The notes under the pieces: generated by a model
The model's input: only the letters and a program-made list of their open reading frames with translations
Database searches by the model: none
Told to the model about the DNA's origin: nothing
Part shown: positions 1-9,788 of the stretch, one piece after another
Numbering within the stretch: position 1 is the stretch's first letter
How the letters are laid out: each line of letters starts with the position of its first letter
Program-made: the position numbers and the translations under genes
Assembly: GCA_046540335.1 (NCBI GenBank)
Contig: JBKHFH010000002.1
Span: forward strand, 5,287 to 69,286
Direction of reading: 5' to 3'
From: Thermoplasmata archaeon
Lineage (GTDB): Archaea; Thermoplasmatota; Thermoplasmata; Halarchaeoplasmatales; Halarchaeoplasmataceae
Length of the DNA: 64,000 bases

Positions 1-454
1 GATATGAATCGTTCGAATTTAACATGGAAACGGGAGAGATGAAAGCTGTTAGATAATGAAGATCGTCGATCTGGATAGATCTAGTTCCTACCAAATTGAA
101 AATATAGAGTCCATCGGCGAAGATATCCTGAATGCTATAAATCTTCCTAAAAAAAGATGGTGAAAAGACACTGAATTGTGATATATCTCTGCAAAACTAG
201 GTGGCGGATATGGGTAAATGAGAATTCATAGATGAATTAAAAAAAAGAAAGATAGAAAGACATCACACTGAAAGAGAGATCATCTAAGTTCAAAAAAGAA
301 ACTAGTTCATCCCTAGCTAACGTGATCATACTGATGAGTGATCTTCCAGTAGAATCAACTTCAATCATACAGACTTAAAAGAAGATGAAAAGTATACATC
401 ATCCACATAAATCATAAATAAAGTCACTACCATATAGATATGGGAGGATGAAAG

Positions 455-706
455 ATGGTTGAAAAAGTCATCAAAAGGGACGGAAGGGAAGAGCCTTTCA
501 TCCCGGAAAAGATAGTGGTGAGCGCCGTAAAAGCTGGAGCAGATCGAAAAGATGCGAGGGACATATTGGAAAAAGTAGAAGATGAAGCAGAAAAAAAGAT
601 CGAAACTAAAGAGCTCAAGGATAAGGTCCTTTCTCATCTTGAAGAGAAAGATCCGGAATGGAAAGAGAATTGGGAGACTTATGACCGAGCGGTAAAAAGA
701 AGGTGA
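455..706 (+). CDS. ATP-cone domain protein (stand-alone NrdR/RNR-type allosteric domain)
   Basis: 83 aa; the 'VIKRDGREEPFIPEKI' N-terminus is typical of the ATP-cone; the gene ends with TGA. Confidence 0.55.
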   Translation: MVEKVIKRDGREEPFIPEKIVVSAVKAGADRKDARDILEKVEDEAEKKIETKELKDKVLSHLEEKDPEWKENWETYDRAVKRR

Positions 707-911
707 TCTTGGTAGGATCCCTTCTTTGGATACTTGTTCAAGTTCAAACCTTAGAAGGAGTTTAAAAATTGCTGTTTTTAAGAAGAAAGACGATCTAAAA
801 ACTGACCGATCAAGATTTAGGACGGATCCGATCTTGAGTTCTATCAAACATATATTTAAAACTAATCACATCCTCACTTATCTCAGTACAATTAAAAGGG
901 GGTGAATAAAG

Positions 912-1502
912 ATGAAAGAAAAGATTATAGCTTCTATTCTGATCAGTTTCTTGTTGATCGCGGGAGTTGCGATAGCAAATACGGGAGCTGCGGCAAGAGG
1001 TCCTCCGAATCAGGGACCGCCTGGAGATGATATCGTCGAGGTAGTAGTCGCGGCTAACGCGGAAGGAGGACCTTATGAGGGTCAATTTGACGTACTCATC
1101 GCGGCTGTTACCGCTACACCGGAGGTCGCCGAGATACTATCAGGTAATGGACAACATACAGTATTCGGACCGACAGACGCTGCATTCGAGTCTCTAGCAG
1201 ATAAATTAGGGTTTGAAGAGTTAGAGGATTTAATTGCCTTCTTGTTGGACAACCCAGACTATCTGAAAGACGTGTTAGTATATCACATCGCACACGGCAG
1301 ACTCTACGCTGAAGACGTCCTAGAAAAAGATCAGATAAATACACTCAGAAGAGGATGGGATGGATTCCTGATGCAGGACGGAGGCGTATTGACCGACAAT
1401 CTAGGTAGAGAGGCGAACATCATCGTGACCGATGTAGAGGCAGCTAACGGCATAATACACGCAATAGACAATGTAGTATTACCTTATCTACCAGAAGAAT
1501 AG
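912..1502 (+). CDS. secreted fasciclin (FAS1) domain protein
   Basis: N-terminal signal/TM segment, then the FAS1 motifs 'TVFGPTDAAF' and 'NGIIHAIDNVVLP'; strong GGGGTGA Shine-Dalgarno 8 nt upstream of the ATG. Confidence 0.75.
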   Translation: MKEKIIASILISFLLIAGVAIANTGAAARGPPNQGPPGDDIVEVVVAANAEGGPYEGQFDVLIAAVTATPEVAEILSGNGQHTVFGPTDAAFESLADKLGFEELEDLIAFLLDNPDYLKDVLVYHIAHGRLYAEDVLEKDQINTLRRGWDGFLMQDGGVLTDNLGREANIIVTDVEAANGIIHAIDNVVLPYLPEE

Positions 1503-1523
1503 AACCCACAAAATCTTTTTCTT

Positions 1524-1541
1524 TTTTATTTTCCAAGATAT
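1524..1541 (+). terminator. oligo-T tract after the fasciclin gene (archaeal-type intrinsic terminator candidate)
   Basis: A 'tttttcttttttatttt' run lies directly downstream of the stop codon. Confidence 0.3.
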
Positions 1542-1678
1542 TTCAAAGAAATATCGAATCGATGGTATTCGGAGCCGTGGGGTTCGTGACTAATATCTTA
1601 GGAACACGATTATAGAACCCGGCTTTAGAAAGAAAGATGAAGGAGGAAGACTCTATCCTATCAAGAGAGGAGAAAAAG

Positions 1679-2497
1679 ATGACGAAAAGTAACAAAGATA
1701 ACAAAAAGATCGGCTTTCAAGGTGTAAGCGGCTGTAACAGCGAAGTCGCCGCCGAAAGGTATGATCCGGATATGACCCGTGTTCCTTTCAATACATTTTC
1801 CGAATTGTTTTCGGCCGAAGAAGATGAGCGTATAGATAGAGGCATGGTTCCCATAGAGAATTCTCTTGAAGGGAGTGTCAAGGAAGTGAACAAGTTATTG
1901 ATGAACAGCGAACTGAAGATCGTCGGTGAATACAATTTGCCGATCAGTTATAGTTTACTCGCAGTAGAGGAAAAATCGTTAGAGGATATAGATAAAGTCT
2001 ACTCGCATCCTCAGGCCCTCGGTCAGTGCAGTGAATTCATCTCAAAGAACAGATTGGAATCTGAAGCATTTTTCGACACCGCCGGAGCCGCTAAGATGGT
2101 CTCGGAAAAGCGCGAGGATGATCACGCGGCAATCGCCAGGAAGGAATGCGCGGAGATATACGGGCTCAAGATCTTAGCTGATGAGATCGAAGACACTGAT
2201 AAAAACATCACCCGCTGCTTAGTCATCGGCAGGAATGAAAGTGTGCACGGCGACAAGGTCTCCATAGCTTTCTCTACAGAACATGAGCCTGGCTCACTCA
2301 ATAAGGTCCTCAAGATATTCGCAGAAAGGGAGATAAATCTCACCCGTATCGAATCGATACCTACCAGAAAGACTCCTTGGACCTACTATTTCTATCTGGA
2401 TTTTATGTGCCCCCAAGATCATGAACGAGTGTTAGAGAGGGTCGAGGAAGAAGTGCTCTGGTTGAAGCGATTCGGCTGTTATGAAGAACATGAATAG
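1679..2497 (+). CDS. pheA: prephenate dehydratase
   Basis: PDT domain ('KIGFQGVSGCNSEVAAERY') plus a C-terminal ACT domain ('ESIPTRKTPWTYYFYLDF'); the ATG at 1679 follows a GAGGAG ribosome-binding site, whereas the longer ORF from 1637 lacks one. Confidence 0.8.
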   Translation: MTKSNKDNKKIGFQGVSGCNSEVAAERYDPDMTRVPFNTFSELFSAEEDERIDRGMVPIENSLEGSVKEVNKLLMNSELKIVGEYNLPISYSLLAVEEKSLEDIDKVYSHPQALGQCSEFISKNRLESEAFFDTAGAAKMVSEKREDDHAAIARKECAEIYGLKILADEIEDTDKNITRCLVIGRNESVHGDKVSIAFSTEHEPGSLNKVLKIFAEREINLTRIESIPTRKTPWTYYFYLDFMCPQDHERVLERVEEEVLWLKRFGCYEEHE

Positions 2498-2639
2498 TGA
2501 TCTGGCTATAACCCGCCATATGAACATCACTGAAATTCAAGATCTGACACTCTAGATAAGTGCACCTGTCTAATCATTTAAATAGCACTAGGCTTCCTAG
2601 TGTGAACATGGTTAACATGGACTTTCGAACCGAAACGGA

Positions 2640-2688
2640 CGTGATGTCCCGCCAATACGAGCTGCCCCGCTGAAGGACAAAGATAGTG
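2640..2688 (+). promoter_or_regulatory. conserved about 30-nt motif, copy 1, upstream of the DAHP synthase gene
   Basis: 'cgtgatgtcccgccaatacgagctgccc' at 2640-2667, repeated at 3924-3951 with 27 of 28 identical; copy 1 contains the GGAC-N5-GTCC palindrome and both copies carry a 'gatagtg' 14 nt (copy 1) or 8 nt (copy 2) downstream. Confidence 0.45.
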
Positions 2689-2781
2689 CCGAAAAAATCA
2701 TCTCTATTTTCACTGAGTTGTTTGATCGAGTAAAAAGTCCATGGACCACGCTATTTTTTGAAGTCTGTTTAAGGAGAGGAT

Positions 2782-3855
2782 ATGATGAATAGAGAAGTTA
2801 CTGACGGAAATGTAGAGAAATATAGGAAAACGATGACTCCCTCGGAGTTGAAGGGAAAATTACCGATATCTGAAGGGATGAGGAAAACTGTTGAGAACGG
2901 AAGAAACGAGATAAAAGATATCTTGGAGAAAAAGAGCGGGAAAAAGGTGATCATCACCGGTCCCTGCTCGATACATGATATAGACGAAGCGAAGGAGTAC
3001 GCTGACAGAATAAAAGAACTGTCCGAAAAGGTGAATGATAAATTTTTGCTCGTTATGAGGGTTTACTTAGAAAAGCCGAGGACCACGATCGGGTGGAAGG
3101 GTATGATCAACGACCCTTACCTCAACGATTCGTACGATATAAATGCGGGTCTACACGAGGGTAGGAGGTTGTTGGCTTACGCGGCCGAGATAGGAGTCCC
3201 TACGGGAACGGAGTTCCTCGGGTCGGTGACTCCTCAATACATAGACGATCTGATATCCTGGGCGGCTATCGGAGCTAGAACTACCGAATCTCAGCCACAC
3301 AGGGAGATGGCTTCGGGTCTTTCCGTCCCGGTCGGCTTCAAAAACGATACGAAAGGGAATGTAAAGATAGCGATAAACGGGATCAAGGCAGCTCGACATC
3401 CCCACTCCTTCAGAGGTATAAATCAAAACGGAGAGATCTGTATCGTCGATACGAAAGGAAACGATCACTGCCACGTAGTTCTGAGAGGAGGAAAAAATGG
3501 AAGCGGATACGCTCCCAACTACGATTCCGTCTCTATCGAAAGAACCTTGGATCTTCTTCAGAAAGAAGAACTGCCGGAAAATATAATGGTGGACTGCAGC
3601 CACGGAAATTCGGGTAAAGATCACAAAAAACAGCCTCAAGTCTTCAGGCATGTCGTCCAACAGATAAAGGACGGCAACGAAAGCATAATCGGCCTCATGC
3701 TGGAATCTAACCTAAAAGAAGGAAATCAATCTCTGCCGGAAGATCCGAGTGAATTGAAAAGAGGCGTTTCTATCACCGACGCGTGCATAGGCTGGGATAC
3801 AACGGAAAATCTGATCATGGACGCTTACGAAACACTGAAAGATCGATCCGAGTGA
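2782..3855 (+). CDS. aroG: 3-deoxy-7-phosphoheptulonate (DAHP) synthase, class I (AroG/F/H type)
   Basis: Carries 'ITGPCSIHD', 'MRVYLEKPRTTIGWKGMINDP', 'GARTTESQPHREMASGLSVPVGFKN', 'DCSHGNSGKDHKKQ' and 'SITDACIGWDTTE'; these are all class I DAHP synthase motifs. Confidence 0.85.
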   Translation: MMNREVTDGNVEKYRKTMTPSELKGKLPISEGMRKTVENGRNEIKDILEKKSGKKVIITGPCSIHDIDEAKEYADRIKELSEKVNDKFLLVMRVYLEKPRTTIGWKGMINDPYLNDSYDINAGLHEGRRLLAYAAEIGVPTGTEFLGSVTPQYIDDLISWAAIGARTTESQPHREMASGLSVPVGFKNDTKGNVKIAINGIKAARHPHSFRGINQNGEICIVDTKGNDHCHVVLRGGKNGSGYAPNYDSVSIERTLDLLQKEELPENIMVDCSHGNSGKDHKKQPQVFRHVVQQIKDGNESIIGLMLESNLKEGNQSLPEDPSELKRGVSITDACIGWDTTENLIMDAYETLKDRSE

Positions 3856-3863
3856 GACGGGAT

Positions 3864-4253
3864 ATGATTAAAAATCGCCCTGAAGATTTATATAATGTGT
3901 CAAAGAGTAGCACACTAAGTGGTCGTGATGCCCCGCCAATACGAGCTGCCCTGATAGAAGATAGTGATAACCGCGATTTTCAGGTCTATAGAGATCTATT
4001 TTTGAGAGCACTGAACGAAAACCAGATATTTCTAATGAAAAATATCGAAGGTGAGTACGGATCTTTGAATAGTTTTCTGAGAGAGTTGACGGACGGTACC
4101 GACAGATCTCTGTCGACATTGAAATTGAACGCCAGGATATTGAAAGATCTCGAATTGATAACTTACGGCAGTAAAAGAGATCCGCGACCGGTGGAACTCA
4201 CCGAGCCCGGTGAAGTAGTACTCGAGATCTTACAGTTGAGTGAGGAGTCATGA
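3864..4253 (+). CDS. small winged-helix (ArsR/MarR-like) transcription regulator embedded in the aro operon; start uncertain
   Basis: The C-terminal 'EGEYGSLNSFLRELTDGTDRSLSTLKLNARILKDLELITYGSKRDPRPVELTEPGEVVL' resembles a wHTH domain. The 5' part of the ORF overlaps copy 2 of the conserved DNA motif, which is conserved as nucleotides rather than as protein, so the true start may be a downstream TTG or ATG. Confidence 0.4.
   Translation: MIKNRPEDLYNVSKSSTLSGRDAPPIRAALIEDSDNRDFQVYRDLFLRALNENQIFLMKNIEGEYGSLNSFLRELTDGTDRSLSTLKLNARILKDLELITYGSKRDPRPVELTEPGEVVLEILQLSEES
3924..3966 (+). promoter_or_regulatory. conserved about 30-nt motif, copy 2, upstream of or within the small regulator gene and aroB
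   Basis: 'cgtgatgccccgccaatacgagctgccc' followed by 'gatagtg'; a near-identical copy lies at 2640-2688. Confidence 0.45.
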
Positions 4254-5248
4254 GCGGAAAGATAGAGATCGAGGATGAGATCAGACAGCGTTTACCGGAG
4301 ATGATAGACGATATATCCCCCTACAAGACAGTAGTGATCACCGACAGCAGAGTGGAAGATCTATGGTTGGACGACATCTTATCACGGATCGAGGCAGAAT
4401 CCATAGTGATACCCGAGGGTGAGGAGAACAAATCGCTGGAAAATGTGAAGAGAGTCTGGAGCGAATTGCTGGAAACGGACTTCACTCAAAAATCACTTGT
4501 CCTCGCTCTTGGAGGAGGTATGATAACTGACATATCCGCCTTCATATCGTCGATTTTCAAAAGAGGCACCAAATTAGGGTTGATCCCCACGACTTTACTA
4601 GCTCAAGTGGATGCTGCGATCGGAGGGAAAACCGGTATAGATTTCAACGGAAAGAACATGATCGGCACGTTCTATGAGCCGGATTTTGTGCTTATCGACC
4701 CTGTCTTCCTCGAGACCTTACCCGAAGAAGAGATCAGAAACGGCTTCGGCGAGATCATCAAGTATGGACTCCTGACAGAAGACGTCTACGAGCTGCTGCG
4801 GGAGAACGGTAGAAGCCTAGATGTAAAACTCATCAGGAGATGTGTGGAATTCAAGAGGGATATAGTTAGAAAGGATCTGGAGGAGAACGATATCAGGAGA
4901 GTCCTGAATCTGGGACATACTGTCGGACACGGTATAGAAAAACTCTCAAACTACGAGATAAAGCACGGTGAAGCGGTCTCTATCGGACTGATGGTCAACT
5001 CCATCATCGCCGAAGACATGTTCGGTTTCGATCCGTCGATAACTAAAGAGCTGTTGGATAGATTCGATCTTCCAAGTCAGCACGACTTCGCTCCAGAAAA
5101 GATATTGGGATCTATGAGAGACGACAAGAAGAACTGGTTCGACGAGACAGTGATGGTGCTCCCGAAAAGCATCGGTGAAGTTGAGATAAAAGAGGTCGGC
5201 GATGAACTCATCTTGAAAAGTCTGAGAAAGACAAAAAGGAGTGCTTGA
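4250..5248 (+). CDS. aroB: 3-dehydroquinate synthase
   Basis: 'GGGMITDISAFI', 'PTTLLAQVDAAIGGKTGIDFNGKNMIGTFYEP' and 'NLGHTVGHGIE' are AroB signatures; the start overlaps the upstream stop as ATGA. Confidence 0.85.
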   Translation: MSGKIEIEDEIRQRLPEMIDDISPYKTVVITDSRVEDLWLDDILSRIEAESIVIPEGEENKSLENVKRVWSELLETDFTQKSLVLALGGGMITDISAFISSIFKRGTKLGLIPTTLLAQVDAAIGGKTGIDFNGKNMIGTFYEPDFVLIDPVFLETLPEEEIRNGFGEIIKYGLLTEDVYELLRENGRSLDVKLIRRCVEFKRDIVRKDLEENDIRRVLNLGHTVGHGIEKLSNYEIKHGEAVSIGLMVNSIIAEDMFGFDPSITKELLDRFDLPSQHDFAPEKILGSMRDDKKNWFDETVMVLPKSIGEVEIKEVGDELILKSLRKTKRSA

Positions 5249-5249
5249 T

Positions 5250-5900
5250 ATGGCTGAAATAGTCGGTACCACATTCGTGAAAGATACGGAGGAATTCGCC
5301 GAAATCGTCAAGAGTTCTGAAAACAGAATATTCGAACTGAGAGTCGATGCTCTAGAAGATTACGATACGGCTGACCTAGCCGAGATAGACAAAAATTTGA
5401 TCATCACTGTCAGGCGGAAAGAAGAAGGTGGAGTCAAAAAGATACCGGAAGAGGAAAGGTTGAAGATATTCGATGATTTTTTGACCATCGAACCCTCTTT
5501 CATAGATATAGAACTCGGATCGGAGATATTGGATGAAGTCTTGAACCGTATAAAAGGAACATCGACTAGATCGATCATATCTTACCACGATTTTGAAAAG
5601 ACACCGGACCTCGATAGGTTAAATGAAATTTACGAGAAGATGAAGGACAAGGATCCGGATCTGATCAAGATTGTGACCTTTTGTGATAGCCCGAGAGACA
5701 ACTCTAAGATATTGGAATTCGTTCTGGGCAGACCAGATTTGATCTCGTTCTGTATGGGTGAAGAAGGTATGATATCCCGGGTATTCAGCCTAAGATACTG
5801 TCCACTTACCTATGGAAGTCTGTCAGGGTCTGATACAGCCCCGGGGCAATTATCAGTAGGAGAATTGAAGCAGATAAAGGAGATGTTGGATGATGAATGA
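5250..5900 (+). CDS. aroD: 3-dehydroquinate dehydratase, type I
   Basis: About 216 aa with 'FELRVDAL' near the N-terminus; an AGGAG ribosome-binding site precedes the ATG at 5250; position in the operon fits aroD. Confidence 0.7.
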   Translation: MAEIVGTTFVKDTEEFAEIVKSSENRIFELRVDALEDYDTADLAEIDKNLIITVRRKEEGGVKKIPEEERLKIFDDFLTIEPSFIDIELGSEILDEVLNRIKGTSTRSIISYHDFEKTPDLDRLNEIYEKMKDKDPDLIKIVTFCDSPRDNSKILEFVLGRPDLISFCMGEEGMISRVFSLRYCPLTYGSLSGSDTAPGQLSVGELKQIKEMLDDE

Positions 5901-6690
5901 CCTCTACGGATTGGTCGGGAGATCGATCTCACATTCTTTAAGCCCCGATATCCACAATACCCTTTTTGCTGAACACGGTATCGATGCCGAATACAAATTG
6001 TTCGACGTTAACAGTTTGAACTCCGCAGTAAAAAGGCTGAAGAATAAAAGGTTGAAAGGCGTCAACGTCACCAAGCCGTTCAAGTTGGAGATCCTAGATC
6101 ATCTGGACGAGTTGGACGAAGATGTAGAAGAGATAGGAAGTTCAAATACGGTGGTACAACTTGATGGTACACTCAAGGGATATAATACCGACGGTGTAGG
6201 AGCTAAAAAAGCGTTAGAACGTTTTACAGATATCAAGAACAAAAATATATTACAGCTCGGGGCAGGCGGAGCTGGTAGAGCTATCGCATACGAACTGGCA
6301 AAGTCCTCGAAAGTTATGGTGCTAAACCGGACTTTGAAAAAAGCGAAAGATCTGGGAGAGTTCGGAGTCAAGTCCGGAAGGCTCGAAAAGAGAAAGCTAA
6401 AAAAAGAATTGGAAAGATCGGATATCCTGATCAACGCTACCTCCGTCGGTATGAACGAGGAAAAGTCGCCGATCGACTCTTCATATCTAAATGAAGATAT
6501 GTTGGTTTTGGATATCGTGTATACACCTTTGAAGACGAAACTGCTGAAAGACGCTGAACGAGTCGGATGCATGACAGTCGATGGTCTTTGGATGCTTGTT
6601 TATCAGGCTGTCAAGGCATTTCAGATATGGACCGGTATCGAACCGGATCCAGAACGTGTAAGAAAGATCGTCACGGAGGAAAGAAGATGA
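5890..6690 (+). CDS. aroE: shikimate 5-dehydrogenase
   Basis: 'LYGLVGRSISHSLSPDIHNTLF' substrate-domain motif, then the 'LGAGGAGRAIAYEL' Rossmann motif. Confidence 0.85.
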   Translation: MMNDLYGLVGRSISHSLSPDIHNTLFAEHGIDAEYKLFDVNSLNSAVKRLKNKRLKGVNVTKPFKLEILDHLDELDEDVEEIGSSNTVVQLDGTLKGYNTDGVGAKKALERFTDIKNKNILQLGAGGAGRAIAYELAKSSKVMVLNRTLKKAKDLGEFGVKSGRLEKRKLKKELERSDILINATSVGMNEEKSPIDSSYLNEDMLVLDIVYTPLKTKLLKDAERVGCMTVDGLWMLVYQAVKAFQIWTGIEPDPERVRKIVTEERR

Positions 6691-7502
6691 GATGTACCGC
6701 ACACGGAGCTTTAACGGTAGTAAACGCTATAGCCGCCGGAAGAGGCAGCGCTTTCGGTATCGATTTAAACGTTGAGGCGGACGTTAACATCATAGATGAA
6801 GGTCTAAAAGGCGAGATAAAAGTTGAAGATAAGAGATACAATGATTTCGAGTTGATAAGATGTATAAAAGAGGTGATCGAAGAAAGATCTGATGAAGAGT
6901 TCGGTATCGAGTTCTTCATAAACTCCCAGATCCCGATAGGAAAGGGATTGAAAAGCAGTTCCGCGGTCTCCAACGCCGTGGCGAAAGCTATAGTTGGATC
7001 ACTGGACATGAAAATAGATGATATGGAGATCATAGAGATAGGCATAGAGGCGAGTAGAAGAGCCGATTTAACTATCACCGGCGCACTTGACGATGCCTAC
7101 GCCTCATATTTTGGAGGACTGTGTTTGACGGACAACCTCGAAGGCGAGGTGCTTGTAGAAAAAGATATCAAAAAAAATTCCGCAGTGATATTGATACCGG
7201 AGGAAACTGTCCTCACGAATTCATTGAAAGATGTTGATTTTGAAAAGATCCGCCCTTATGTCGATCTCATCTTCAAGGCCGCTTTAGATGGGGAATGGAA
7301 AAAAGCAAGTCTTTTGAACGGGCTGGTTTATTCCTCCTTTTTAGGTCATGATACGGAACCTATGATGGGAGTGTTGGAATTTAGTGAGATCGTAGGTCTA
7401 TCCGGGACGGGACCCGCTGTTTATTCTGTAACTGAAGAGCCGAGTAGAGTCGAAGAAGTTTGGGGGCAGTTAGGAAAAACTATGGAGGTATCCACGAGAT
7501 GA
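6687..7502 (+). CDS. aroK: shikimate kinase, archaeal GHMP-kinase type
   Basis: GHMP motif 'PIGKGLKSSSAVSNA'; about 270 aa; the ATG overlaps the aroE stop as ATGA; position in the operon fits. Confidence 0.75.
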   Translation: MRCTAHGALTVVNAIAAGRGSAFGIDLNVEADVNIIDEGLKGEIKVEDKRYNDFELIRCIKEVIEERSDEEFGIEFFINSQIPIGKGLKSSSAVSNAVAKAIVGSLDMKIDDMEIIEIGIEASRRADLTITGALDDAYASYFGGLCLTDNLEGEVLVEKDIKKNSAVILIPEETVLTNSLKDVDFEKIRPYVDLIFKAALDGEWKKASLLNGLVYSSFLGHDTEPMMGVLEFSEIVGLSGTGPAVYSVTEEPSRVEEVWGQLGKTMEVSTR

Positions 7503-8716
7503 TAATCGAGCCGGTAAAGAGCGCGTCTGGAGAATTAAACGCACCTCCTTCGAAAAGTTATACCCATCGTGTCCTTTTCCTGGGACTCCTTACCGACGGA
7601 GTAACTACCTTCGAGAACCCTCTGAAGTGTGATGACACCAGATATACTCTTGAAGTGGTCAGAGAGTTCGGAGCTGAATGCGACTGGGAAAGGATAAAAA
7701 GCGACGGAGAGGTAGACAAAGCGGAGATATATGCGGGAGAATCCGGAACGACAGCCAGGATCGCACTCGGTATAGCCTCGTTGGCGGGAAAAAGATGCAT
7801 CATCGATGGAGATGAAGGACTGAGAAAGAGGCCTATGACACCTCTTCTAGACGCTCTCGACCAGCTTAACGTAAAAATTCGCTCCAAAAACGGTAAACTT
7901 CCCGTTGAGATAGAGGGACCTCCTTCGGGAGATAAAGTGGAGATAAGTGGGGAAGTGTCCTCTCAGTTCATCACTGCGCTCATGTACGTGGGAAGTCAAA
8001 TAGGTTTAGATATCGAAGTCACCGATAAACTGGTTTCGGAACCTTACATAGATATGACCATAGAAGTATTGGAGCGATCGGGCGTGAAAGTGGAAAGAGA
8101 TGATGATATATTTCACGTTGAAGGGAAAACGGAGCCGGCACATTTTTCGATACCGGGAGATTATTCTTCCGCAGCTTTTTTCCTCGCCGCAGGTGCATTG
8201 TTCGGAGATATCACGATGAAAAAACTGCTGGAGAACAGCGTTCAAGCCGACAGCAGGATCATTGATATACTTCAAAGGTTCTGCGCGGACGTGACTGCAA
8301 AAGAAGATCAGATCCAAGTGGTTAAAAACGAGTTACGGGGTATAGAGTGTGACTGCAGCGATTTCCCCGACCTGTTCCCCATCCTAGCGGTATTAGGAGT
8401 TCATTCCGAAGGTGAAACCCTTCTCACCGGGGAACAACTTCGATACAAGGAAAGCGATAGGATAGAAAATATGACAGAGAATCTTAAAAAGATGGGCGCG
8501 GATATAGAGGAATTTGAGGACGGTATCAAAGTGAAAAGAAGCGCATTGAAAGGTACCAATTTAGATCCAAGAGGGGACCACAGGATAGCGATGGCTTTGA
8601 CTATCGCCGCCTTGGGTGCTGAGGGAAAGAGTGAGATCGTCGGGTCGGACTGCGTCAGTAAATCTTATCCTAATTTTTATGAAGATCTGGAAAAGGTGAT
8701 AAATCATGGAAGGTAA
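7499..8716 (+). CDS. aroA: 3-phosphoshikimate 1-carboxyvinyltransferase (EPSP synthase)
   Basis: 'PPSKSYTHRVLFLGLLTDG' N-terminal motif; about 405 aa; the start overlaps the aroK stop as ATGA. Confidence 0.85.
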   Translation: MIIEPVKSASGELNAPPSKSYTHRVLFLGLLTDGVTTFENPLKCDDTRYTLEVVREFGAECDWERIKSDGEVDKAEIYAGESGTTARIALGIASLAGKRCIIDGDEGLRKRPMTPLLDALDQLNVKIRSKNGKLPVEIEGPPSGDKVEISGEVSSQFITALMYVGSQIGLDIEVTDKLVSEPYIDMTIEVLERSGVKVERDDDIFHVEGKTEPAHFSIPGDYSSAAFFLAAGALFGDITMKKLLENSVQADSRIIDILQRFCADVTAKEDQIQVVKNELRGIECDCSDFPDLFPILAVLGVHSEGETLLTGEQLRYKESDRIENMTENLKKMGADIEEFEDGIKVKRSALKGTNLDPRGDHRIAMALTIAALGAEGKSEIVGSDCVSKSYPNFYEDLEKVINHGR

Positions 8717-9788
8717 AGAACTGAAGTTTTCATTGTTTGGAGAGAGCCACGGCAAAGTTGTTGGCGTCTTGATCGAGGGCTGCCCCCCCGGAATAGAAGT
8801 TGAAAAAGAAGAGATGAAGATCGATCTTGAAAGGAGAAAAGGTCTTTCAAAATTCTCTACAGATCGAGAAGAAAAGGACGAACCGGAGATATTATCGGGT
8901 ATTTTCGACGGTCACACAACAGGAGCTCCAATAGCAGCGGTAGTAAAAAATAAGGACGTAGATTCCTCCTTTTATGAAAAGATAAAAGATAAGCTCAGGC
9001 CCGGACATAGCGACCTTACGGCTAAAGAGAAATTTTATGGGTACAACGATTACAGAGGAGGTGGAGTCTTCTCGGGCAGGTTGGCGGTAGGAACTGTCAT
9101 CGCAGGATACTTCGCAAAAAAGATCCTCTCTTGTATAGATTTGGAGATCAAAGCTTTCGTCAGATCGATCGGCAGCGTGAGATGTGAAGATCGTGAACTA
9201 GAAGATGTTTTTAGAGATGGATATGATTTTTGTCCCGATAGTGACGTCTGGCAAGATATGAAGAGGTTGATGGATGAAACTCAGGAAGAGGGCGACAGTA
9301 TCGGTGGAACTGTTGAAGTCGTCGCGAAAAACGTAGTGAAAGGATTGGGTGGTCCCTTCGATGAAGACCTTGCCGCGGATCTATCCAAAAATTTCTTCTC
9401 CATACCCGCTGTGAAAGGAGTCGAGTTCGGTTCCGGCTTCGAAATCAGCAAGATGAAAGGAAAGGAGGCGAACGACGAGTTCTATTTAGAAAAAGGCGAA
9501 GTGAAAACCAGATCCAATCACTGCGGCGGCATATTAGGCGGAATAAGCGACGGTATGCCTATCGTCGCGCGGATCGCATTCAAACCCACGCCCTCGATAT
9601 TCAAAGAGCAAGACACGGTAGATCTAAAAGAGAGGAAAGAGACGAGTCTAAAATTGGAGGGGAGGTTCGATTCCTGCATAGTTCCTAAAACGCTCCCCAT
9701 CGTCGAAGCCAGGATGGCTTTGGTGCTAGCAGATCACTTTTTGAGGTGGTGTAGTTGGAAAGAATTCATGAGCTTAGAGAAAGGATAG
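8706..9788 (+). CDS. aroC: chorismate synthase
   Basis: 'FGESHGKVVGVLIEGCPPGIEV' and 'GGGVFSGRLAVGTVIAG' motifs. Confidence 0.85.
   Translation: MEGKELKFSLFGESHGKVVGVLIEGCPPGIEVEKEEMKIDLERRKGLSKFSTDREEKDEPEILSGIFDGHTTGAPIAAVVKNKDVDSSFYEKIKDKLRPGHSDLTAKEKFYGYNDYRGGGVFSGRLAVGTVIAGYFAKKILSCIDLEIKAFVRSIGSVRCEDRELEDVFRDGYDFCPDSDVWQDMKRLMDETQEEGDSIGGTVEVVAKNVVKGLGGPFDEDLAADLSKNFFSIPAVKGVEFGSGFEISKMKGKEANDEFYLEKGEVKTRSNHCGGILGGISDGMPIVARIAFKPTPSIFKEQDTVDLKERKETSLKLEGRFDSCIVPKTLPIVEARMALVLADHFLRWCSWKEFMSLEKG

Noticed and set aside
365-847. 160-aa minus-strand ORF overlapping the ATP-cone gene
   Set aside because: It is antisense to a well-supported CDS, its composition is low-complexity and Phe/Ser/Leu-rich as expected from reading an A-rich coding strand backwards, and it has no ribosome-binding site.
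1562-1615. 17-codon mini-ORF (MVFGAVGFVTNILGTRL) upstream of pheA as a Phe-attenuation leader
   Set aside because: It has only two Phe codons and no terminator/antiterminator structure. Attenuation of this kind is not expected in archaea.
2640-2720. C/D-box sRNA interpretation of the aro-operon motif (GUGAUG ... CUGA)
   Set aside because: Box spacing of 24 nt is too long, no convincing C' or D box pair or terminal stem is present, and the downstream CUGA positions differ between the two copies. An operator for the embedded regulator is favoured.
3151-3660. 169-aa minus-strand ORF
   Set aside because: It is antisense within the DAHP synthase gene.
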